The notes below the pieces were generated by a model that saw only the letters and a list, made by a program, of their open reading frames with translations, made no database searches and had not been told where the DNA came from. From an uncultured Gammaproteobacteria bacterium (GTDB taxonomy: Bacteria > Patescibacteriota > Microgenomatia > UBA10105 > UBA927): a DNA stretch of 48,606 nucleotides. The position numbers and the translations under genes were made by a program. The stretch lies in the NCBI GenBank assembly GCA_964515005.1, contig CAZEVT010000001.1, forward strand, positions 40,130 to 88,735, given 5' to 3'. Shown here piece after piece: positions 37,365 through 44,534 of the stretch; the first letter of the stretch is position 1; every line of letters begins with the position of its first letter.

Positions 37365-37430
37365 ACTATCAGTGAGGCGCGCCTGAAGCAACTATATAAT
37401 AAATAAATGGGTGTTCAATTAGAGGGTAAT

Positions 37431-37802
37431 TTAACTGACTTCCTCGGGAACAAATTTTCTGAATCCCGACTGTAGCTGACGTAAATCTTCTGCTAGACTA
37501 GCGACTTCTTTTGAGTCCGACTCTTTCTCTAATGCTTTTTGAATTAATCCTAGACTTTTTTTCATCTTTTCAAATGCTTTTTCTCGTTCTGTTAGACTGT
37601 ATCCCCACGGAATGTCAAGATGTGTGTATAATTCTCTCGTCCAACCGCTACCACGCATAGCTTCACTTCGCCACGTTTCTTTCAGTTCACGCATCTGTTT
37701 AATCTGGTCGAGCTCATCAGGCGTAAACGGTACTTGGATAGTATTAACTAATTTGCCGTTAAGCTCAAGCGGTAGACTAGTGAGAGTTTGTTCGTTTCCC
37801 AT
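37431..37802 (-). CDS. hypothetical protein (123 aa), no recognisable family
   Basis: Intact ATG ORF. TGaTATAAT (37817..37809) ends 6 nt before the ATG. G+C is low (hand count 48/120 over 37431-37550, against 31/60 over 35221-35280). Confidence 0.55.
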   Translation of the reverse strand: MGNEQTLTSLPLELNGKLVNTIQVPFTPDELDQIKQMRELKETWRSEAMRGSGWTRELYTHLDIPWGYSLTEREKAFEKMKKSLGLIQKALEKESDSKEVASLAEDLRQLQSGFRKFVPEEVS

Positions 37803-37846
37803 AGACTAATTATATCATAAATAATGCGATCGTTAGGGCTATATTC

Positions 37847-39568
37847 TTATTTTAAAACTCCGTAGATTCTGCGGATACCGGACCCCGCGGATTCTTCTTT
37901 GAGGATGTAAAAATTCTCAATGACCCCGGTGCGGGTTACGTGCGGGCCGCCGCAGAATTCCGCGGAGAAATAGTCTTTACGCGACCCCACGAAATACACG
38001 CTCACGCGCTCAGGATACTTGTGCCCGAATTCCATCTGGGCACCGATTTGTTCTGCCTCTTCCCGATTCATCTCAACGCGCTCAACCCTCAAGTCTTCCC
38101 TGATTTTTTCGTTTACTAATTCCTCAACTTTTTTCAGTTCTTCCGGAGTAATTTTCCGGGCGAAGTTAAAATCCATGCGTAAACGCTCGGCGGTAATATT
38201 ACTCCCCCGCTGTTTTATATTTGGATCAACGACCTTCTGCAACGCAGCAAGAAGCAAGTGGTGTGCCGTGTGAAGCTTCGTTGTCTGTTCACTATGATCC
38301 GCAAGGCCCCCCTTAAACATCCCCTTGGCCGCAGTTCTGGATAACTCCTGATGCTTTGTAAACTCTTCCTCAAATTGTCCCCGGTCGACTTTTTGCCCTT
38401 TGTCCCCGGCAATCTCAACCGTCATCTCCCAGGGAAACCCATATGTTTCATACAGCGTAAACGCAATTTTCCCATCGAGTTTTGGAATTTTTTCAATCTC
38501 GGCAATCCCCCGCTCTAGCATTTTTCCAAACCGTACATCTTCTTCTTGCAACAGTTCCTTCACTTTTTGTTCAAGATCCAGATGACTTAGAGAAAATCCA
38601 AGTTTTTTCGCATACCACAATGATCTGCGCAGTAACCTGCGAAGAATATATCCTTGCGCCTTATTCGAAGGCAATACTCCAGCTTCCATCATCATCATTG
38701 CCCCACGAATATGGTCTGCGATGATGCGCATTGGTTTTTCGTTTCCTACATAGTCCTTACCAGAAACTGTCATCATATTTTCAATCATCGGCCAAAAAAT
38801 ATCTGTCTTAAAGACATCCGAATCATTGTTGGTTGCCGCGACCATGCGTTCGAGTCCACCGCCGAAGTCAACGTTTTTCTGCGCAAGTTCCTTCAGCGTC
38901 CCGTCTTCCAATTTTTGATACTGCATAAAAACGGAGTTGGCGATCTCCATAAACCTGCCGCACTGGCAATTAGGGTGACACGTCTCACCGAATTTCGGAT
39001 CATGGGGTGTGCCAAAGTCATAAAACACTTCGCTATCCGGTCCTCCCGGCTCGCCGGGCGGCATATTTGCGGGTTCTCCGGACCGACTCCACCAGTTTTT
39101 GTCTACTCCGTAAAAAAATATGCGCTCTTCCGGAATGCCGAGGCTTTTCCAAATACTCACCGACTCTTCATCCCGCGGCACTTCTTTGTTGCCTTCAAAT
39201 ACCGAAACAAAAAGCCTTTCTTGTGAGAGATTCAGCTCTTTTGTTAAGAATTCCCAAATCCAGGGCAATTGTTCTTTTTTGAAATAGTCTCCGAGCGACC
39301 AGTTTCCAAGCATTTCAAAAAAAGTGGTGTGCCGGTTATCTCCTATCTCGTCTATATCTCCTGCGCGGAATGATTTCTGACTGTCGACAAGTCGTTTTCC
39401 CGAAGGGTGCGGCTGTCCCAGAAGATATGGAATTAACGGCTGCATGCCGCTTGAGGTGAATAGCGTCGTCGGATCGTTTTCAGGAACTAAAGGGGCAGAC
39501 GGAATTTCTACGTGTTTGCGTGCCTTGAAAAATTCTATATATTTCCTGCGGACATCATTTGACTTCAT
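37847..39568 (-). CDS. alaS: alanine--tRNA ligase, short form (573 aa)
   Basis: The N-terminus MKSNDVRRKYIEFFK...H...PSAPLVP.NDPTLLFT.SGM.. is canonical AlaRS. The editing-site motifs HTAHH (HxxxH) and CGGPHV are present. The protein ends at ..GIRRIYGVLK. Confidence 0.9.
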   Translation of the reverse strand: MKSNDVRRKYIEFFKARKHVEIPSAPLVPENDPTTLFTSSGMQPLIPYLLGQPHPSGKRLVDSQKSFRAGDIDEIGDNRHTTFFEMLGNWSLGDYFKKEQLPWIWEFLTKELNLSQERLFVSVFEGNKEVPRDEESVSIWKSLGIPEERIFFYGVDKNWWSRSGEPANMPPGEPGGPDSEVFYDFGTPHDPKFGETCHPNCQCGRFMEIANSVFMQYQKLEDGTLKELAQKNVDFGGGLERMVAATNNDSDVFKTDIFWPMIENMMTVSGKDYVGNEKPMRIIADHIRGAMMMMEAGVLPSNKAQGYILRRLLRRSLWYAKKLGFSLSHLDLEQKVKELLQEEDVRFGKMLERGIAEIEKIPKLDGKIAFTLYETYGFPWEMTVEIAGDKGQKVDRGQFEEEFTKHQELSRTAAKGMFKGGLADHSEQTTKLHTAHHLLLAALQKVVDPNIKQRGSNITAERLRMDFNFARKITPEELKKVEELVNEKIREDLRVERVEMNREEAEQIGAQMEFGHKYPERVSVYFVGSRKDYFSAEFCGGPHVTRTGVIENFYILKEESAGSGIRRIYGVLK

Positions 39569-39613
39569 GGTTGAATTATACTACGGTAGATATTGTCGAC
39601 GCGAATTAATCGT

Positions 39614-39973
39614 ATGATGACTGTTGGGTACATTTTATTGGGCATTGTCGCCGGAATGCTGAGCGGTTTGATGGGCATCGGCGGCGGAATTATTATCATC
39701 CCGGCGCTCGTCCTTCTCTTTGGTCTCACCCAGCAACAGGCGCAAGGAACGACCCTTGCACTCTTCGCGCTCCCCATCGGGTTTTTGGGCGCGTACACGT
39801 ATTACAGACAAGGATATGTTGATGTAAAAATCGCCGGACTCATCTTCCTGGGATTTCTTATAGGGGTGCTGCCCGGCGTAAAATTTTCGACCGTCATAGA
39901 TCAGCACGTCCTCCAGCGAATCTTCGGAGTCGGACTCCTTGCCATCTCCGCCAAAATGATCCTGTTCCCGTAA
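39614..39973 (+). CDS. TauE/SafE (DUF81) family membrane protein, half-size (~119 aa, four predicted helices)
   Basis: Contains GIVAGMLSGLMGIGGGIIIIPALVLLFGL..QQAQGTTL. The start is placed at ATGATG 39614. The track start at 39593 is a TTG. Confidence 0.7.
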   Translation: MMTVGYILLGIVAGMLSGLMGIGGGIIIIPALVLLFGLTQQQAQGTTLALFALPIGFLGAYTYYRQGYVDVKIAGLIFLGFLIGVLPGVKFSTVIDQHVLQRIFGVGLLAISAKMILFP

Positions 39974-40025
39974 TCATTTGCAATTTGCGATATAATCCAA
40001 CGTACTGCCACAAAGGAAGTTCTAT

Positions 40026-40967
40026 ATGTTGTCAAAAGCCGTCTTTATTGATCACAAAAATGGGGAACTGGAATCCTCGATTTTTAACCGTATTCGCAAA
40101 CACTTTTCTTCTGTTGACTTCGTGATGAGTGATGACCCGAAAATGCTTCAAAAAGTAAAGGACGCTGATGCGCTATTTGTGAAAATTTCCTCTAAAATTA
40201 ATAAAGCACTCATTGACGCCGCGCCGAAATTAAAATACGTCGGTGTCTGCTCAACCGCCTTCGACGCCATAGATGCCAAATATGCGCGCTCCAAGGAAAT
40301 AACTGTTTGTAATCTTGGCGGATACAGTACTGAAGCAGTCGCGGAATTTTTCTTTGCCGCACTTCTTGAAGCCGGACGGGAATTAGAAAAGGCAAAAAAC
40401 CAGGCAAAAAAAAACTATTCTTTTGATAAATTCATGGGGTTGGAATTAAAAAACAAGACGCTGGGGGTCATCGGCGCTGGATCGATAGGCGGAAGGATTG
40501 CGGAAATCGGGAACGGATTCGGAATGAAGATTTTATACGTTGCAAAAACGGAAAAACTACATCTTGAAAAATTCGGCGCGAAAAAAACGACGATCGAGGC
40601 ACTGGCAAAGCAAAGCGACGTCATATCCGTCAATCTAGTATTAAACAAAGAAACGAAAGGCATGATATCCGAAAAAATCATTTCGCTCATGAAAAAAGGC
40701 TGCGTAGTAATAAATCTAGCCCCGCCTCCGCTTGTTGATCAGGAGGCGATGATAAAACATGCAGGCAAAGGAGATATCATCTATATTTTTGACCATTCAG
40801 ATGATATCGACCCCGCACTTGCCAAGCGATTCTTGAAGACAAAAAACTGTATCGTTTATCCACCAACCGCCTTCAGAACATCACAGGCTAATTTTAACCG
40901 CTGGGACACATTTGCCGGTAATATTGAAAAGTTTGTTGCTGGTAAACCCCAAAACGTAGTGAACTAA
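40026..40967 (+). CDS. D-isomer-specific 2-hydroxyacid dehydrogenase homologue lacking the catalytic Arg and His
   Basis: A Rossmann motif is present (LGVIGAGSIGGRIA). The family motif N-x-[SA]-R-G reads N-L-A-P-P. The TPH(T/I)A motif reads YPPTAF. TATAAT at 39991..39996 and an AAGGAAG SD precede the ATG. Confidence 0.75.
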   Translation: MLSKAVFIDHKNGELESSIFNRIRKHFSSVDFVMSDDPKMLQKVKDADALFVKISSKINKALIDAAPKLKYVGVCSTAFDAIDAKYARSKEITVCNLGGYSTEAVAEFFFAALLEAGRELEKAKNQAKKNYSFDKFMGLELKNKTLGVIGAGSIGGRIAEIGNGFGMKILYVAKTEKLHLEKFGAKKTTIEALAKQSDVISVNLVLNKETKGMISEKIISLMKKGCVVINLAPPPLVDQEAMIKHAGKGDIIYIFDHSDDIDPALAKRFLKTKNCIVYPPTAFRTSQANFNRWDTFAGNIEKFVAGKPQNVVN

Positions 40968-41359
40968 GACTTCTTCGGTAGATTTTTGAAGAGGCGCCTG
41001 CGGATGCTTGCCGTTGTATCCCGTCCGTGCTCCTGAAGTTCTTCGATATGCGCAAGTGCGCTATCTAATTTTTTTGTTGCCGTTTCGGTAAGCTCTTCTT
41101 TTGTGTCTTCCAGCTTCTCAATCACCTGCTCTTTGATTTCTTCGCCTTGTTTGACCAAGTCTTTCCCTTTCTTTTCTAGTTCTTCAACTTTGTCCTCGAG
41201 CTCATCGACGACATCCTCACCTTTTTGACGAAGCAGTTTTCCTGCCTTTTTCCCCTCTTTGGTTCCCAAAAAGAATATCGTGAGGGCTCCGACGAGTCCT
41301 CCGATGAAAAATCCGGCAAGAAACTTGAAATCTGTCCCGCGATGAGATTCGTCATTCAT
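40964..41359 (-). CDS. YtxH-domain protein
   Basis: An N-terminal hydrophobic helix (GFFIGGLVGALTIFFLG) is followed by a Lys/Glu-rich helical region (KEGKKAGKLLRQKGEDVVDELEDKVEELEKKGKD..). Confidence 0.7.
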   Translation of the reverse strand: MNDESHRGTDFKFLAGFFIGGLVGALTIFFLGTKEGKKAGKLLRQKGEDVVDELEDKVEELEKKGKDLVKQGEEIKEQVIEKLEDTKEELTETATKKLDSALAHIEELQEHGRDTTASIRRRLFKNLPKKS

Positions 41360-41362
41360 AGA

Positions 41363-41623
41363 TTATTCTGGCTCTTCTTTTTTATGAAGCAAAGACGTGA
41401 TTGCGCTCATGCCGGTTTTGAGGCCATTCATAAATCCGGACATGCCGACAATCCCCTCGGATATGGTGCCGCTTACCTTTCCGGCATCATCAAGCATTTT
41501 GTTCATTTTTTGAAGAGACAAGCGCATTTCTTTGAGGATGAAGGAAACCTGAATCCCCAGAACGATAAAAAGGAGCGCGAGGGCGAAGCTGATGATGATA
41601 ATGGTAAGCTGAACCGGATCCAT
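41363..41623 (-). CDS. small membrane protein, DUF948-like (YtxG-like)
   Basis: 86 aa with one N-terminal TM helix and then a helical region. It lies immediately upstream of the YtxH-domain gene, as in the Bacillus ytxG-ytxH pair. Confidence 0.5.
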   Translation of the reverse strand: MDPVQLTIIIISFALALLFIVLGIQVSFILKEMRLSLQKMNKMLDDAGKVSGTISEGIVGMSGFMNGLKTGMSAITSLLHKKEEPE

Positions 41624-41685
41624 AGGCAGTGTAGAACAGTATTGCCTAAATCTGGCCTCGTGTCAATCGTTCAATCTGGGACGTA

Positions 41686-42327
41686 TTATGGCAACTGCAA
41701 TCCGACTTCACGAATAACCGTCGTTGTTTTACCGAACCTGCTGGTTGCGACAACCGTAATTTTGTTTACCCCCGGCTCAAGCCCAACCTGGTCAAAAAAC
41801 TTCCCGTCGCCACGGACCAGTATCGCGGTCCCATTGACCGTCACCGTCGCATCCGTGTCCGTACCCCCCAGCACATCGATCCTGCGATCGTGGGTGACGA
41901 GCTGATTGACCGGCGAGTCAACAGACAACTTCGCGGGCTGGAAGGTAGCGCGGTATTGAAATCCTAAATATCCTAAAAACATGAGCAGAAGCGTGCCTAA
42001 AACAATGGCAAGGAATTTTCCGGGAGTCAGCTGAATGAACGATTTGTTGAATGCAGCCGATTCTCTCTTAGGAAGTAAGCTCGCGCGCGTAACATCGGTG
42101 GTTTGCCTCCGGAAAAACGCAAGGACCGTCTTACTATCGAGGCCCAGATACTCGCTGTAGTTTTTTACAAACCCCTTGGCATAGGAAAGCGAAGGCAGGC
42201 CCGTGTAGTCATCCGCTTCTATCGCCTCCAAAAACTTCAGACGTATTTTGGTGGCTGACTCGACCTCGGAGAGTGATTCTCCTTTGCGAACCCTTTCGGT
42301 TTTCAACATGGAGCCTACGGTGTTCAT
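41686..42327 (-). CDS. rodZ: RodZ-like protein (N-terminal HTH, TM helix, C-terminal beta domain)
   Basis: Contains MLKTERVRKGESLSEVESATKIRLKFLEAIEADDY..LP....AKGFVKNYSEYLGLD, then a TM helix (FLAIVLGTLLLMFLGYLGF), then an extracytoplasmic domain. Confidence 0.7.
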   Translation of the reverse strand: MNTVGSMLKTERVRKGESLSEVESATKIRLKFLEAIEADDYTGLPSLSYAKGFVKNYSEYLGLDSKTVLAFFRRQTTDVTRASLLPKRESAAFNKSFIQLTPGKFLAIVLGTLLLMFLGYLGFQYRATFQPAKLSVDSPVNQLVTHDRRIDVLGGTDTDATVTVNGTAILVRGDGKFFDQVGLEPGVNKITVVATSRFGKTTTVIREVGLQLP

Positions 42328-44498
42328 GGTGCTGCAGTTTGTGCGAGAAACTCATCGGGGTTTTTGACGAGCACGTCCCGCGGCTTACTGCCCTCACCCG
42401 GACCGATAACTCCTTCTTCCTCAAGCTGATCGAGGATCCGTGCGGCCCGTGCGTATCCCACGGAAAGTCTACGCTGGAGAAGCGACGCAGATGCTTTATC
42501 GTGCTGACAAATGAGGCGAAGTGCATCTTCAAAAAGAGGATCGCGTCCGTCTCCTCCGGCGCCAACCATACCCCGCTTGAGACTCCCGATCGGTTGGGTC
42601 GTGACTTCTTCGGTATATTCAACCGGTATGTTTTTATTCTTGAGGAAATCCACAACTTTCCCGACTTCTGCCTCCGATACATAGGTACCCTGAATACGGC
42701 TCGGTTTACTCTGATCGGCTGGGATATACAACATGTCTCCCCGACCAAGAAGCTTTTCGGCGCCGGGCATATCCAAAACGACGCGCGAGTCAATCATCGA
42801 AGAAACATTGAATGCAATCCGGGACGGGACATTGGCTTTGATAAGCCCGGTGATGACATCAACGCTCGGCCGCTGGGTGGAGAGAACGAGGTGAATGCCC
42901 GTGGCCCGTGCCATCTGGGCCAGGCGGCAGATCGTGTCTTCCACTTCAACCGGCGCATAGGCCATAAGATCGGCAAGCTCGTCGATGAAGATGATAATGT
43001 ACGGCATCGCCTGAAAGCCCGATAGTTCATTGAATCCATCGATATTCCGCACCCCTACCTCGGCAAACTTTTTGTAGCGGTTTTCCATCTCGTTCATGGC
43101 CCAACGAAGTGCCGATAATATTTTGTCTATTTCCACAATGACGGGCGTCAGTAGATGTGGGATACCGTTGTACCCCGTAAGCTCGACGCGCTTGGGATCT
43201 ACCATAATCAGACGAACTTCTGATGGGTTCGTTCGGAAGAGAAGCGATGCGATCCACGAGTTGATTAATACTGACTTTCCGCTGCCTGTGGTGCCGGCAA
43301 CCAGTACATGCGGCATTTTGCCGATATCGGCAATGATGGGATTGCCGGATACATCCAGCCCTAATGCCACCGCGAGCTTACTCTTTGTTTTATGCATGAC
43401 ATCCGAGCCGAGCATCTTCTTGAGCGTCACAAACTCAAGTCCCCGGTTGGGTATTTCTATTCCCACGAGGTTACGCCCCGGAATCGGCGCTTCGATGCGT
43501 ACCTGACCGGTGGGTGCGGCCAGGGCAAGGGCCATGTCGCTTGAAAGCGACGTAATTTTACTTACCTTTGTGCCGGTTGCAATCTCAATGGCGTACTGGG
43601 TAACCGCGGGGCCGGTGTTGACCTCGCGGACTTTGGCCGTGATGCCGAAGCTTTCCAGGGTGCGTTCAATGGTATCTGCGTTCCGCCGTACGTCACCCCG
43701 ATCTGCTTTTTGTCCCGGTCCGTCAGAAAGAAGAGATAGCGGCGGGTATTCCCACATCCTCATGTCCGCGGCGTTTTGCATGAGGGTACCCGTCATATTC
43801 AAATCTCCGATTTTTTTGTTCGCGGCGAGGGCCACCGGCTTACCGGAGACAGGCGGCGGAATAATCGGGGCTTTGATGATTGGCTTGTCGTCTCCCTGGC
43901 CTCCTATTTTGAGCGGTAACTTTTCCTGTCCAAACAGCGGTTTTTCGCCTTTGGCGCCCAGAGAACCAAAAAAGTTGGTGACCCAGTCAAGAATTGCGGT
44001 TGCGCCAACCAGGATAAAATTGACCACCCGGTCAAGCGACGCGTTAAAAAGAATCATGAGACCGATGACGAAGGCCGCAAGATAGATCAACATCGCGCCT
44101 TCCCCCGTAAGGGCGCCTGCGGTCATATTCCAGAGTGCGCTCCCCACGCTACCCGCCTGCGTCAAGCTCATAAGCGAAACAAGAAGAATCCCGAATCCAA
44201 ACGGCACATTGGGTTTCCCGATATCCGCCTTCACTTTGAAAAACAGAAACGAGAGGGTCACCAAAAACGGCGGGAGGCCGTACATGGCCCACCCGACCTG
44301 GAGGGTAAGCTCATCCCGAAGTCGTGAAAACAGCGGACTCTCACCAAAAAACGAAAGCGTGATGGCCGCGGCAATAAGCCAGAGCCAAATGGCACCGACC
44401 GTGTAGACCGTTTGCTTTTTGAGCTTCAGCTGAAACGGGCTCCTCTTCCGATAATGCCGGCGTTTACTAAACCGCTTTACAAACCTCCTTCTTGCCAT
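42324..44498 (-). CDS. ftsK: DNA translocase FtsK/SpoIIIE
   Basis: 724 aa. N-terminal TM helices are followed by Walker A (VAGTTGSGKSV), ..IDELADLM.., ..ARA.GIHLVL.TQRPSVDVITG.IKAN.PSRIAF.V.S..DSR..LD, and a C-terminal gamma-domain-like winged helix (LLQRRL..GY.RAARI.D.LE). Confidence 0.93.
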   Translation of the reverse strand: MARRRFVKRFSKRRHYRKRSPFQLKLKKQTVYTVGAIWLWLIAAAITLSFFGESPLFSRLRDELTLQVGWAMYGLPPFLVTLSFLFFKVKADIGKPNVPFGFGILLVSLMSLTQAGSVGSALWNMTAGALTGEGAMLIYLAAFVIGLMILFNASLDRVVNFILVGATAILDWVTNFFGSLGAKGEKPLFGQEKLPLKIGGQGDDKPIIKAPIIPPPVSGKPVALAANKKIGDLNMTGTLMQNAADMRMWEYPPLSLLSDGPGQKADRGDVRRNADTIERTLESFGITAKVREVNTGPAVTQYAIEIATGTKVSKITSLSSDMALALAAPTGQVRIEAPIPGRNLVGIEIPNRGLEFVTLKKMLGSDVMHKTKSKLAVALGLDVSGNPIIADIGKMPHVLVAGTTGSGKSVLINSWIASLLFRTNPSEVRLIMVDPKRVELTGYNGIPHLLTPVIVEIDKILSALRWAMNEMENRYKKFAEVGVRNIDGFNELSGFQAMPYIIIFIDELADLMAYAPVEVEDTICRLAQMARATGIHLVLSTQRPSVDVITGLIKANVPSRIAFNVSSMIDSRVVLDMPGAEKLLGRGDMLYIPADQSKPSRIQGTYVSEAEVGKVVDFLKNKNIPVEYTEEVTTQPIGSLKRGMVGAGGDGRDPLFEDALRLICQHDKASASLLQRRLSVGYARAARILDQLEEEGVIGPGEGSKPRDVLVKNPDEFLAQTAAP

Positions 44499-44534
44499 GA
44501 AACTAGTATAGGGCCAAATACGGGGAAGTTCAAC

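Noticed and set aside
42209-42793. 194-aa minus-strand ORF overlapping the ftsK 3' end and the rodZ-like 5' end.
   Set aside because: It is out of frame with two motif-supported genes and has no recognisable domain.
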